Numbered from the stretch's first letter, positions 18,182-28,270 are shown. The stretch: DNA of 64,000 nucleotides from Candidatus Omnitrophota bacterium (GCA_030698625.1 JAUYMS010000028.1:3854-67853); one strand, 5' to 3'. The notes: generated by a model from the letters alone, not told the origin. Made by a program: numbers and translations.

Positions 18182-19164
18182 AAGAAGTTGATATTCGCCC
18201 GGCTCATCTTGCCGATGAGTGTCAGAAGCTGTTCGAGAAGGAGTCCCGCTCAATGCTTCAAAGCGAAAGAGACTTCGTGGAAGTCTCTTGCCCTGCGTGT
18301 TCATCGGTATCGGGCGCTCTGGACTTCACGAAAGGGGGATATCAATTTAAAAAATGCGCCGAGTGCCGTACGGTTTACGTTAGTCCCCGGCCGACGGCAG
18401 AGATGCTGGGGGAGTATTACCGGAATAATGCGGCGGCCCATTTCTGGCAAACCCATATTTTTCCTCAAACGGAGAAGGCCCGGTTGCAAGGCATTCACAG
18501 GCCGCGCATCGACTTGGTGCTTAATGAAGCCGATAAGAATGGGGCGGGTGGAGAGGTCTTTGTAGAGGTCGGCGCGGGCTCAGGTATTTTTGGCCGCGAG
18601 CTGGCGAAGCGGAACCGCTTCAAAAAAGTAGTTTTGATTGAACCCGGGCCTATGAATCTTGAGAGTTCGGGGGTGATTGAGGTGATTAACTCGTCAATCG
18701 AGGAAGTTAACGTGGATCTGAAGGCGGATATGGCGGTCAACTTCGAGTTGATCGAACACCTGTTTTCGCCCGATGATTTTCTGAGCAACATTAGTCGCTC
18801 ATTGAATCCGGGAGGCCTTTTTTTATTTACGACACCCAATATGGAGGGATTGGAACTGTTGACCCTCTATGAAAAGTCGCCGGGCCTAGTAGCGCCGAAT
18901 CATCTGAATAATTTCAATCGGGACTCGATCCGGACGCTGGTTGAGCGGAACGGATTCGAGGTTGTCAGTGTGAGTACTCCCGGAGAGCTCGACTGCGATA
19001 TAGTCAGAAATAAACACCTTGAGGGCGTCATTGACCTCTCAACCCAGCCTTTCTTAAAGCACGTTCTTATCGATAGGCCCGAAGACTGTTTGGGTGCATT
19101 TCAACAATTTCTGAAAGAATCAGGGTTGTCTTCACATATGATGGTTGTGGTGAGGAAGCCATAA
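18178..19164 (+). CDS. Zn-ribbon class I SAM methyltransferase (paralog 2 of 3)
   Basis: 'CPACSS...CAECRTVYVSPRP' ribbon and 'VEVGAGSGIFG' SAM motif. C-terminal 'GLSSHMMVV' is shared with paralog 3. Confidence 0.8.
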   Translation: MKEVDIRPAHLADECQKLFEKESRSMLQSERDFVEVSCPACSSVSGALDFTKGGYQFKKCAECRTVYVSPRPTAEMLGEYYRNNAAAHFWQTHIFPQTEKARLQGIHRPRIDLVLNEADKNGAGGEVFVEVGAGSGIFGRELAKRNRFKKVVLIEPGPMNLESSGVIEVINSSIEEVNVDLKADMAVNFELIEHLFSPDDFLSNISRSLNPGGLFLFTTPNMEGLELLTLYEKSPGLVAPNHLNNFNRDSIRTLVERNGFEVVSVSTPGELDCDIVRNKHLEGVIDLSTQPFLKHVLIDRPEDCLGAFQQFLKESGLSSHMMVVVRKP

Positions 19165-19251
19165 TGGATGCCGCCCGAAAAGCGGTATTAGATCCGGTCG
19201 TGGAGCGTTAAGCTTCCCTCACAGACCCCCCTAGAATTTCTAGCGACACGT

Positions 19252-20841
19252 ATGTCCATCCCTAAGCTCTCGCGATTTCTTCCCGGTCTGATCATCAGCG
19301 CAAGCGTCGGTATTCGCTTAGCAGGAATAACAAGGCCCCTATTGGGGAATTTTGCGGTCTACGGATCGGCACAAGCGATGATCGCGCGGTTTTTTTTGGA
19401 AGGTCCGTTCTCGAGTCTTCTGTATCCGCGTATTAATGTGCTGGTCAACGGAGAGCCGTCTCTTATTCTGCTCTACTATCCGATTAGTTCACTCATCGCA
19501 GCTGCTATGCATACGCTCTTCGGCGGCTCTCTGGATGTGTGGGGCAGGCTTCAAGCCGTCGTGTTCTTTGGCTTGGCGGCGGCATTCCTTTATCGATTAA
19601 TTAGGAAAGTTGCGGATGAAAAAATGGCGGTCGCAGGTTTGACTGCCTTCTGCCTCTTTCCGCTCACGATTATCTACGGGCAGAGCTTTCAAAATGAGAT
19701 GGCTACCATCTTTTTCAGTGTGGGTTTCTTTTGGTACTGGTTACGTCTCGTCGAAACGGGAAAAAAATACCACATTCTCACTGCGGCGATGATGCTGACC
19801 GGAGTTCTTCTGACGCGTCCGAATAATCTATATCTCCTGCTGCCGGCTCTCTATCTGGCGCTGATAAAGGGAAATAAGATTTCTATGGGGCGATTGCTGT
19901 TCTTTAGACTCGTGCCGTGCTTGCTCTTGAGCGCGGTCATCCCGGCCTTATGGTATTTTCATGTCTGGCGGGTATCGGTCGAAGAAAGTAATATTTACAG
20001 CACGATGTTTGCCCAGTTGATGGTGCGGTCGAGCTTTGTGAATCCAATCATTTTGACGGCCGACTATTACAAGAAGCTGTTCGATATGCTGGTAACTATG
20101 TCGTTTACCCCGATAGGTTTCACTCTCTTTGTGGCCGGATGTTTTCTGGCGATCCCCAGATGGCGCGAGGCCGGCTTTTTTGTGCTCTGGTGTCTGGCGT
20201 TTCTCGGTAGCTCCTTGCTCATTCCGAGGAAACTAATTGACCACGAGTTCTATCTGCTGCATTTTGTAACAGCCGGAGCCCCCCTTGTCGGGTTGGGGTT
20301 TTGTGCGATTGCGAGCATGTTTGGGCGTGAAATGCGCGGGCGAGGGGTGTTGCTTGGCTTTTTTTTGCTGTTGGCACTGGGCATGACAATGCGCTATGCC
20401 GCGCATCCTGCATTTAAGACTCCTGCCAGTGAAAGGCATTTCATCGAATTGGCCCAGAAGGTGAATTCGTTAACGGAGAAAGCGAGAAGTCGAATCGTCT
20501 TTCAGGGGACTCATACGCTTTTGTACTATTCGGATCGCTACGGGTGGGGGTTTCACCTAAACCGGACCGGTGATATCGGGGATTACTATAAGCATATGAA
20601 TTGGCAAAAGCTCTCAGAGGAAGAGAGAGGAGCTCGCAACGAGGCGCGCCGTGAAGCAACCACGGATCTTGAATATCTGAGGGAGCATGAGGGGGCAACT
20701 CATTTTGTGGTAACGGATCTTGGCGAGTTTTACACGGATGCCAAGTTTGCCGACCATATGCACCAAACCTACCAGACCCTCTTTGTCGACAAAGAAGTCG
20801 GCATCATCTTTTCTCTAAGTTCTGAAGCCGTATCGCCTTAG
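19252..20841 (+). CDS. ArnT/PMT-like GT-C membrane glycosyltransferase (GT83-like), 529 aa
   Basis: More than 10 predicted TM helices. N-terminal region resembles 4-amino-4-deoxy-L-arabinose transferase-like proteins. Confidence 0.6.
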   Translation: MSIPKLSRFLPGLIISASVGIRLAGITRPLLGNFAVYGSAQAMIARFFLEGPFSSLLYPRINVLVNGEPSLILLYYPISSLIAAAMHTLFGGSLDVWGRLQAVVFFGLAAAFLYRLIRKVADEKMAVAGLTAFCLFPLTIIYGQSFQNEMATIFFSVGFFWYWLRLVETGKKYHILTAAMMLTGVLLTRPNNLYLLLPALYLALIKGNKISMGRLLFFRLVPCLLLSAVIPALWYFHVWRVSVEESNIYSTMFAQLMVRSSFVNPIILTADYYKKLFDMLVTMSFTPIGFTLFVAGCFLAIPRWREAGFFVLWCLAFLGSSLLIPRKLIDHEFYLLHFVTAGAPLVGLGFCAIASMFGREMRGRGVLLGFFLLLALGMTMRYAAHPAFKTPASERHFIELAQKVNSLTEKARSRIVFQGTHTLLYYSDRYGWGFHLNRTGDIGDYYKHMNWQKLSEEERGARNEARREATTDLEYLREHEGATHFVVTDLGEFYTDAKFADHMHQTYQTLFVDKEVGIIFSLSSEAVSP

Positions 20842-20856
20842 CGGAGAGCCAAGTGC

Positions 20857-20890
20857 CTGTCCTGACACTGTCCTGACATCTTATGACATC
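20857..20890. repeat. Tandem 11-bp direct repeat (ctgtcctgaca x2) giving three TGACA half-sites spaced 11 and 10 bp
   Basis: Read directly from the sequence: TGACA at 20863, 20874 and 20884. Located immediately upstream of the promoter -35. Confidence 0.6.
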
Positions 20891-20902
20891 TAATGAATAG
20901 TG

Positions 20903-20931
20903 TTGACCAGTGCCAATGCAGATGCTATTTT
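20903..20931 (+). promoter_or_regulatory. Sigma70-like promoter TTGACC-N17-TATTTT
   Basis: Lies in the 120-bp gap, the largest one on the + strand, ahead of the HTH gene and pse operon. Confidence 0.45.
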
Positions 20932-20962
20932 ACACGAAACTAACCAGAAGTAGGTCCTAGCG

Positions 20963-21265
20963 ATGGAAATCAAAGAGAACGAAATCTATACCCCGAAGGA
21001 AACCCAGGGGTTGCTTAAAGTCAGCGCGAGCACGATGACGCGCCTGATCAAAAGCGGTCTCATTCGTACGGCGAAGGTCGGAAAGCAATATCGCATCATG
21101 GGAAAAGAAATTTTGCGCATGCTGTCTCCCGAATTAGAGGACACGGTGGGCATGTTGTACAACAAGGGGAGGAATTGGGCTCATGAGAATCCCCGGCCGG
21201 AAAAGGCCCCTGAGTCGACTGCAAAAAAACTAAGCGGAGGAAACAGCAATGAATTGGAAAGATAA
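20963..21265 (+). CDS. Excisionase/MerR-family helix-turn-helix DNA-binding protein, 100 aa
   Basis: 'TPKETQGLLKVSASTMTRLIKSGLIRTAKVGKQYRI' HTH_17-type motif. Overlaps pseB by 17 nt. Confidence 0.65.
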   Translation: MEIKENEIYTPKETQGLLKVSASTMTRLIKSGLIRTAKVGKQYRIMGKEILRMLSPELEDTVGMLYNKGRNWAHENPRPEKAPESTAKKLSGGNSNELER

Positions 21266-22235
21266 AGTAGTTCTTATCACGGGCGGAACGGGGTCGTTCG
21301 GACAGAAGTTCGTGAAGACGATGCTCGAACAGTATCACCCTAAAAAGATCGTTATATTTAGCCGTGACGAACTCAAGCAGTTCGAAATGAGCCAGCGCAT
21401 CAATCACGCAAGCGTGCGTTATTTTATCGGAGACGTCCGCGACGTCGAACGGTTAAGGCGCGCTTTTTTCGGAGTGGATATCGTGGTTCATGCCGCGGCT
21501 CTGAAACAGGTCCCGTCATGTGAATATAACCCGTTCGAAGCGATCAAGACGAATGTCATCGGCGCTGAGAATGTGATTACGGCAGCTATTGACCGGGGCG
21601 TAAAAAAGGTGATCGCCCTGAGCACCGATAAAGCCGCAAACCCGATCAACCTTTACGGAGCGACAAAACTTTGTTCGGATAAACTTTTTATTGCAGGGAA
21701 TGCTTATGCCGGTGATCAGCCTACGCGTTTTAGCGTGGTTCGTTACGGAAATGTTATCGGATCGCGCGGAAGTGTTATCCCCGTGTTTAAGAAGAAGAGA
21801 GCTGAGGGGATGATTCCCATTACGGATGAGAGGATGACACGCTTCTGGATCACGCTGGAAAAGGGTGTCGAATTTGTGATTAAGTGTTTTGACATCATGC
21901 ATGGCGGCGAGCTTTTTATCCCCAAGATTCCCAGTATGCAGATTCTGAGTTTGAAACGGGCCATTGCACCCGAGTGTGCGCATACGGTTACCGGAATTAG
22001 GCCGGGAGAAAAGCTGCACGAGGTCCTACTGCCTACCGAGGAGGCGCATCGCGCGATTGAATTTGATGACATGTATGTTGTTGAGCCCAATTTCGAATGG
22101 TGGAAACCCGGTAATCACAGCGGCGGTAAGAAAATACCGGAAGATTTTGAATACCGCAGCAACACGAATGCCGATTGGTTATCGGAAGACGAACTCAAAC
22201 GCTGGCTAGAGGAATCTGACGCAAGTCATGGCTAA
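21249..22235 (+). CDS. pseB: UDP-N-acetylglucosamine 4,6-dehydratase (inverting), FlaA1/PseB-type
   Basis: Near-collinear similarity to H. pylori FlaA1 as I recall it: 'ITGGTGSFG', 'IFSRDELKQ', 'IGDVRD', 'ALSTDKAANPINLYGATKLCSDKLF', 'VVRYGNV.GSRGSV.P'. Confidence 0.9.
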   Translation: MNWKDKVVLITGGTGSFGQKFVKTMLEQYHPKKIVIFSRDELKQFEMSQRINHASVRYFIGDVRDVERLRRAFFGVDIVVHAAALKQVPSCEYNPFEAIKTNVIGAENVITAAIDRGVKKVIALSTDKAANPINLYGATKLCSDKLFIAGNAYAGDQPTRFSVVRYGNVIGSRGSVIPVFKKKRAEGMIPITDERMTRFWITLEKGVEFVIKCFDIMHGGELFIPKIPSMQILSLKRAIAPECAHTVTGIRPGEKLHEVLLPTEEAHRAIEFDDMYVVEPNFEWWKPGNHSGGKKIPEDFEYRSNTNADWLSEDELKRWLEESDASHG

Positions 22236-23385
22236 AAGCCTACTGCCTTACGGCAAGCAGTGGATTGACAAAGACGACGTTCGGGGCGTGGTGCGCACGC
22301 TGCAATCCGATTTCATCACGCAGGGCCCGCGTATTGAGGAGTTCGAAAGACGGATCGCTGATTTTTGCGGGGCTCGATACGCGGTGGCATATTCGAGCGG
22401 TACTGCCGCGCTTCACGCCGCTTCTTATGCGATTGACCTTGGTCAGGGCGACGAGGCGATCACGTCGCCGATCAGCTTTATTGGGACTGCTAATGCCATC
22501 GTTTTCCAGCGTGCGCGTCCGGTTTTTGCCGATATCGAGCTCGACACGGTCAATCTTGATCCGAGTGAGGTCGAGAAAAGGATCACTTCACGCACGAAGG
22601 CCATTTTTGCCGTTGATTTCGCGGGCCATCCGGCCCCGCTCAGAGAACTCAAGCGTATCGCGAAAGCAAAAGGGCTCTATGTTGTCGAAGACGCGGCGCA
22701 TGCGCTAGGTGCGAAATATCACGGGCGTCGCGTTGGGGCATTGAGTGACATCTCCATTTTTAGCTTTCATCCGGTCAAGCATATCACGACAGGCGAAGGA
22801 GGCATGGCGCTGACAAACAACGCGAAATTGTGCCGCCGCCTGAGGTTGTTCAGAAATCACGGCATGGTTCGAAGCGATGAGCTTTCCGAAAAGCACGGGC
22901 CGTGGTACTACGCCATGGAAGACCTTGGGTACAACTACCGGGTGAGTGACATTCAATGTGCTTTGGGATTATCACAGTTCCGAAAAGTGGAGCGCTTTTT
23001 GAGATTACGCAGAAAATTGGCGGCTTCTTATCTTAAAAAGTTGAAGGGTGTGAGCGGGATCATCTTGCCGAAAGAGAAGATGGGGATTGAATCCTCCTAC
23101 CATCTCTTCGTGATTCAACTGAAGACGGCGCTTAAAGCACAGAGGCGTATTCTGTTTGAGGAGATGCGCCGTCGCGGCATCGGTGTGAACGTCCACTATA
23201 TTCCGATACACCTTCAACCCTATTATATTAAAAACTTTGCTTATAAAGCGGGAGACTATCCGAACGCCGAACTGTATTACTCTCGGGCATTGACATTGCC
23301 TTTGTTCCCCGCCATGCGTGAACGGGACGTAGACCAGGTCGTTCAGGTGCTTGTGAAAAGCCTGGCCGGGCTAAGGAGCGCCTAG
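22228..23385 (+). CDS. pseC: DegT/DnrJ/EryC1 PLP aminotransferase, UDP-4-keto-6-deoxy sugar transaminase
   Basis: DegT-family architecture with a conserved Lys region. Positioned directly after pseB. Confidence 0.8.
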   Translation: MAKSLLPYGKQWIDKDDVRGVVRTLQSDFITQGPRIEEFERRIADFCGARYAVAYSSGTAALHAASYAIDLGQGDEAITSPISFIGTANAIVFQRARPVFADIELDTVNLDPSEVEKRITSRTKAIFAVDFAGHPAPLRELKRIAKAKGLYVVEDAAHALGAKYHGRRVGALSDISIFSFHPVKHITTGEGGMALTNNAKLCRRLRLFRNHGMVRSDELSEKHGPWYYAMEDLGYNYRVSDIQCALGLSQFRKVERFLRLRRKLAASYLKKLKGVSGIILPKEKMGIESSYHLFVIQLKTALKAQRRILFEEMRRRGIGVNVHYIPIHLQPYYIKNFAYKAGDYPNAELYYSRALTLPLFPAMRERDVDQVVQVLVKSLAGLRSA

Positions 23386-24872
23386 TGATGGGCGCAATAC
23401 TTTTACGTGCAGACGGTAACGCTCATATTGGGGTGGGGCACCTTATGCGGTGCCGCGCATTAGCGGAAGCCGCGAGCGTGCAGGGGATTCGCGCCTCGAT
23501 CGCGTCCGCTGACGATAGGACGGATGTTCCTGTTCTTCGTGTGAATGCGGCAAGCGGCACGGACAAGGACGCCAAGGCGACGATCGGTCTCGCGCGGCAG
23601 TGCGAATCATCGTGGATTGTCGTTGACGGTTATCAGTTTGGGGCCGGCTACCAGCGCGCTCTTAAAGATGCGGGGCTTTCGGTTCTCGTAATGGATGACG
23701 GAGGGCATTCGGAACATTATTCCGCGGACGTTATCGTGAATGCGAATGTGCATGCACACGATGACTTTTATCGCAGCCGTGAGCCTTACACGAAATTGTT
23801 GCTTGGCACGCGTTACGTTTTTATGCGGCAGGAGTTTCTAGAGTTCCGGAGGCAACGTAAGGCGCGTGGCAGTGTGAAGCGCGTCCTTGTGACGCTAGGC
23901 GGGGGCGACGCACCCAATGCCACGCTCGCTGTGCTGTTGGCGCTTAGCAAAATCACGAAGATGGACTTCGAAGTTGTTGTCGCGATCGGGCCCGAGAATC
24001 CTCATCGCGAGAGTTTGGAAGCCTTTGCTGCCGAAAGTGCTTTGGACGTGAAGCTTGAATCGGGCTTGAATCAAATGGCGCGTTTAATGGCTGAGTCAGA
24101 CATCGCTATCGCGGGTGCCGGATCAACGAGTTGGGAATTGGCATACATGGGCGTACCGCAATTGGCGGTGGTGATAGCGGAGAATCAACGTCCTGTTGCC
24201 GAGGAGCTGGAACGTCTTGGGGTTGTCATGAGGCTCGGGGATACTAGGGATCTCAAGGGCGAGGCTACCGCAAAAAAAATCGCCGAAGTATTCGGAGACG
24301 ATGGGATCCGGGAGCAGATGCGCCTTCGAGGGACGGCGCTTGTCGACGGATTAGGGGTAAGGCGGGTGCTGGCTGAAATGGGGCTCGGGGAGTTTTCGTT
24401 GAGACGAGCGCGTCCCGATGACTGCGAACATCTCTATGAGTGGAATAATCAGGCGGATGTGCGGGCCGTCTCATTTTCGACGGATCCTATTCCTTACGAG
24501 AGTCACCGGAAATGGTTTGCTGCAAAATTGAGTGATCCGGCATGTCGGATCTATATTGCCTTGGATCGCCAGGGTGCGCGAATGGGCCAGGTTCGTTATG
24601 AAATCAGCGGAAATGAAGCCGAAGTCGCCATCGTGGTGGATTCGCGTTATCGAGGCAAGCAGTACGGGGCTCTCATGATAGAACGTGCCACCCAAATTGT
24701 CAGAGCGGAGGGCGCAATCGAAATCGTTCACGCTTATATAAGGGGTGATAATGAAAAATCGAGCGGTGCTTTCCGTGCCGCCGGGTTCGTCGACGCGGGA
24801 AAGGTGAGTATTAAAGGCTGTGAGGCGGCGCACTATCTATATGAAAAGCAAAATATTACCGCAGGCATCTAA
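23385..24872 (+). CDS. Fusion of PseG-like UDP-sugar hydrolase (N-terminal) and GNAT N-acetyltransferase PseH-like (C-terminal)
   Basis: N-terminal 'ILLRADGNAHIGVGHLMRCRALAEA' is the PseG signature. The C-terminal ~170 aa is a GNAT fold 'EWNNQADVRAVSF...RYRGKQYG'. Confidence 0.7.
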   Translation: MMGAILLRADGNAHIGVGHLMRCRALAEAASVQGIRASIASADDRTDVPVLRVNAASGTDKDAKATIGLARQCESSWIVVDGYQFGAGYQRALKDAGLSVLVMDDGGHSEHYSADVIVNANVHAHDDFYRSREPYTKLLLGTRYVFMRQEFLEFRRQRKARGSVKRVLVTLGGGDAPNATLAVLLALSKITKMDFEVVVAIGPENPHRESLEAFAAESALDVKLESGLNQMARLMAESDIAIAGAGSTSWELAYMGVPQLAVVIAENQRPVAEELERLGVVMRLGDTRDLKGEATAKKIAEVFGDDGIREQMRLRGTALVDGLGVRRVLAEMGLGEFSLRRARPDDCEHLYEWNNQADVRAVSFSTDPIPYESHRKWFAAKLSDPACRIYIALDRQGARMGQVRYEISGNEAEVAIVVDSRYRGKQYGALMIERATQIVRAEGAIEIVHAYIRGDNEKSSGAFRAAGFVDAGKVSIKGCEAAHYLYEKQNITAGI

Positions 24873-25914
24873 GATCCATATAGGCGGACGACGGATAGGT
24901 CCGGGGGAACCCGTCTATATTGTGGCCGAGATGTCTGCGAACCATCATCAAGATTATGAGGAGGCCGTAAACATTCTGCGTGCGGCTAAAGACGCCGGAG
25001 CGGATGCCGTGAAAATCCAGACTTATACGGCTGATACGATTACCCTCCGTTCGGACAAAGATTTTTTTCGCCTTAGCGGCGGGACTCTTTGGGATGGGCG
25101 TCAGCTTCACGACCTTTATCGCGAGGCCTATACTCCGTGGGAGTGGCAGCCCAGACTTAAAGCCATCGCGGAGGAGATCGGCCTGGATCTTTTTTCGGCG
25201 GCATTTGATCCGACCGCTGTCGAATTTTTGGAAAATATGGGCGTGCCTGTACACAAGGTTGCATCCTTTGAAATTGTAGATATCCCGCTCATTCGGTGCA
25301 TGGCTCGAACAGGAAAGCCTCTAATTATTTCAACAGGCATGGCCTCCCGTGAAGAAATTGGGGAGGCCGTGGAGGCTGCCCGCCAAAGCGGTGCTGTGGA
25401 AATCGCCATTTTGAAATGCACCAGCGCTTATCCGGCCCCGCCAGCAGAAATGAATCTTTTGGCCATTCCCGATTTGGCAGCTGCCTTTGAGGTGCCTGTA
25501 GGGCTTTCCGATCACACCCTCGGGATTACCGTCCCGGTGGCAGGCGTAACTTTGGGAGCGTGCATTGTTGAAAAGCATCTGACGATGACACGCTCAAAGC
25601 CGGGGCCGGATTCCGCCTTTTCTCTAGAACCTCATGAATTTAAATACATGGTAGATGCAATTCGGACCGCCGAAAAGTCGCTAGGGCGGGCGGACGCTTT
25701 GCCGAGTGAGCGTGAGCTTCCGATGCGCTCGCTCAGGCGCTCTCTCTTTGTGGTTGCCGATGTAAAGGCCGGAGATTTGATTACCGAAAGGAATGTTCGT
25801 TCCATTCGGCCTGGGTATGGACTTCACACGCGCCACATGGGCGAGGTGATCGGCAGACGAGCCGTGCGCGATCTTGAAAAAGGGACTCCGTTGGCATGGG
25901 AGATGCTGACATGA
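24841..25914 (+). CDS. pseI: Pseudaminic acid synthase, NeuB family with C-terminal SAF domain
   Basis: 'IGGRRIGPGEPVYIVAEMSANHHQD' NeuB N-terminus. Start moved to ATG 24841. Confidence 0.85.
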   Translation: MKSKILPQASKIHIGGRRIGPGEPVYIVAEMSANHHQDYEEAVNILRAAKDAGADAVKIQTYTADTITLRSDKDFFRLSGGTLWDGRQLHDLYREAYTPWEWQPRLKAIAEEIGLDLFSAAFDPTAVEFLENMGVPVHKVASFEIVDIPLIRCMARTGKPLIISTGMASREEIGEAVEAARQSGAVEIAILKCTSAYPAPPAEMNLLAIPDLAAAFEVPVGLSDHTLGITVPVAGVTLGACIVEKHLTMTRSKPGPDSAFSLEPHEFKYMVDAIRTAEKSLGRADALPSERELPMRSLRRSLFVVADVKAGDLITERNVRSIRPGYGLHTRHMGEVIGRRAVRDLEKGTPLAWEMLT

Positions 25915-26477
25915 GCATCCTAAGCGAAACTCAGAATAAATTGCGCGGCAAAAAGTTCAATCTGCGCCCGCTAGTCGTCGCAGACGTTTCGGACGCATAT
26001 ATAGGCTGGCTCAATGACCCGGTTGTGAATCAGTTTCTTGAAGCAAGATTTTCAAAACAGAGCACCGAAACGGCGCGTGCCTATGTTGCGGGTTATTACG
26101 AGGGTGGCGAGAAATATATTTGGGGAATTTATCCTCAAGGATCTAAAGACTTCATCGGAACGGCGACGCTTAGTGAGATTCGACCGGAGCACGGATGGGG
26201 AGAAATCGGACTGCTGATCGGAGATAAGCTTTTTTGGGGCAAAAATGCTTCAACGGAGGCGCTGGATTTAGTCGTCAAGTTCGGTTTTCAGGTCTTGAAG
26301 CTCCGGCGGCTCACCGGGGGCAGTTACGCACCAAATCTTGGTATGAACTTTACTTTTAAGCGTTGCGGTTTCCGCTGCGAGGCGAAATTGGTTCGGGCCT
26401 ATCGGCTAGGCGAGAATCAGTACGTCGACGGTTACCGTTGGGGCTTGTTGGCAGAGGAATGGAGGGAACGCAAGTGA
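25911..26477 (+). CDS. GNAT-family N-acyltransferase (RimL-like)
   Basis: GNAT fold motifs. ATGA overlap with pseI. Confidence 0.7.
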   Translation: MSILSETQNKLRGKKFNLRPLVVADVSDAYIGWLNDPVVNQFLEARFSKQSTETARAYVAGYYEGGEKYIWGIYPQGSKDFIGTATLSEIRPEHGWGEIGLLIGDKLFWGKNASTEALDLVVKFGFQVLKLRRLTGGSYAPNLGMNFTFKRCGFRCEAKLVRAYRLGENQYVDGYRWGLLAEEWRERK

Positions 26478-28270
26478 ACGCCATATTCGATGCCCTCAAG
26501 CCGACGCCTGCGTCCTATCTAAAAGCAGAACGGGAGATTTCGACGGGAAAGGAGGGCTCGCTCAGGCATGTGCGCGTTGCCGTGCTTGGGACTTTCACGA
26601 CAAACTATTTGAAGCCTTATCTTACTGTAGAGGGCGCGCGCCGCGGATTGTCGATTGATGCCTATTTCGGTCCGTTTAACCAAATGGAGCAGGAAACCCT
26701 TGATGAATCGAGTGCGCTCTATCAGTTCGACCCCGACGTTGTGATTGTTGCCTCGCGCCTGGAAGAAATGACGCCCGATCTGGTAAACCGGTTCTTGAAG
26801 TTAAGCGCAGAGGAAATCGATGCTCTCGGTGAGCGTTCTCTGGAGCGCTTACGGGCGCTTCTGCAGGCTGTGCGGCAGAAGACGGCCGCCACAGTTCTTC
26901 TATTTAACTTTGCGCCGCCGTCGCTGCTCAACGCGGGTCTGGCAGATGCGGGAATGGTAGATTCGCAGACCGCTGTGATTTCGCGGCTCAACGGGAGCTT
27001 GGCGCGAGTGGCCGGAAGTCTGAGCGGGGTTTTTGTTTTTGATTTGGCTCGCGTCATTACCGAGGTCGGGATTCGGAGGGCATTTGATGCCAAGCTCTGG
27101 CATATGGCACGACTCCCGTTTAGCGTGGATGCCCAGATTGCGATCGGGGAGCGTTTGGCTCGTACAATTCGTGCTGCGGTTTTGCCGCCGTGTAAATGTC
27201 TCGCCGTCGATCTGGATAATACGCTATGGGGCGGTGTGGTTGGGGAGGACGGCCTCGGAGGGATTGCGCTCGGAGATGAATGCCCGGGCAATGCTTATAA
27301 GGATTTCCAGCGCGAATTGCTTTCTCTGCGCGATCGCGGCGTGTTGTTGGCTATTGCGAGCAAGAATAACGAGGACGACGCGCTGGCCGTATTCGACAAA
27401 CACCCGGACTGTCTTTTAAAGCGAGAGCATTTTGCTGCAACGCAGATTCACTGGGGGGATAAGGCGGAAAGTTTGCTTGCGATTGCTCAGGAACTCAATT
27501 TGGGGCTCGACTCGGTGGCGTTCCTCGATGACAGCCCTGCAGAAAGGGAGTGGGTGCGCATGAAAATGCCGGAAGTCCTGGTCTTGGATTTTCCGGCAGG
27601 ACCGCCGACTTTTCGAACGATCGAGGAGTCGGGTGCCTTTGACCAACTTGTCATATCCGGAGAGGATCGAGAGAGGACGATTTTTTACCAGCGCGAGAGT
27701 GAAAGGTCGAAGCTGCAAACCCAAAGTGTTTCATTAGAAGAATTCCTGGGGGACCTCGATATTACGGTATCCATCGGTCAAGTGGATAACGATACGCTGC
27801 CTCGCGTCGCTCAGCTCGTAGGAAAGACAAATCAATTCAATCTGACCACGCGGCGGCATACCGAAGGGGCCATTTCAGACATGCTTAGCCGGGGTTGCAT
27901 CGCGCTTTGGATGCGCGTTAAGGACCGCTTCGGTGACTACGGACTGGTGGGGGTTGCGTTGGCGATGCCGTTAACAGCAAAGCGTTGGGAAATTGATACG
28001 TTTCTACTCAGCTGCCGCATGATCGGACGCCGCGCCGAAGATGCGCTTCTGGCTGTTCTGATCAGGCAGATTAGCGCCCGGGGAGGGGAAGTGGTTGAGG
28101 GGGTGTATATCCCCACAGCCAAGAATGCGCAGGTTAAAGCCTTTTTCCCCGCACGCGGCTTTCGGGTATGTGGGACGGAAACCGACCGCTGGGAGTGGGA
28201 TCTTTCTCAGGGGAGCTATCTCGCGCCGGATCTTTTGAAAGTGAGATTTGATGATGAGTCCGATGACTGA
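26459..28270 (+). CDS. FkbH-like HAD-superfamily (IIIC) domain protein
   Basis: 'CLAVDLDNTLWGGVVGEDG' HAD motif I typical of FkbH. About 600 aa with a C-terminal GNAT-like domain. Confidence 0.75.
   Translation: MEGTQVNAIFDALKPTPASYLKAEREISTGKEGSLRHVRVAVLGTFTTNYLKPYLTVEGARRGLSIDAYFGPFNQMEQETLDESSALYQFDPDVVIVASRLEEMTPDLVNRFLKLSAEEIDALGERSLERLRALLQAVRQKTAATVLLFNFAPPSLLNAGLADAGMVDSQTAVISRLNGSLARVAGSLSGVFVFDLARVITEVGIRRAFDAKLWHMARLPFSVDAQIAIGERLARTIRAAVLPPCKCLAVDLDNTLWGGVVGEDGLGGIALGDECPGNAYKDFQRELLSLRDRGVLLAIASKNNEDDALAVFDKHPDCLLKREHFAATQIHWGDKAESLLAIAQELNLGLDSVAFLDDSPAEREWVRMKMPEVLVLDFPAGPPTFRTIEESGAFDQLVISGEDRERTIFYQRESERSKLQTQSVSLEEFLGDLDITVSIGQVDNDTLPRVAQLVGKTNQFNLTTRRHTEGAISDMLSRGCIALWMRVKDRFGDYGLVGVALAMPLTAKRWEIDTFLLSCRMIGRRAEDALLAVLIRQISARGGEVVEGVYIPTAKNAQVKAFFPARGFRVCGTETDRWEWDLSQGSYLAPDLLKVRFDDESDD

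Noticed and set aside
20963-21265. Possibility that the excisionase-family HTH gene marks a prophage or integrative element
   Set aside because: No integrase, transposase, att-like repeats or phage genes occur anywhere in the window. The gene is translationally coupled to pseB, so a locus regulator is more parsimonious.
26722-27291. 189-aa minus-strand ORF inside the FkbH-like gene
   Set aside because: Pro/Ser/Arg/Ala-rich antisense frame of a GC-rich gene. FkbH motifs on the + strand explain the region.
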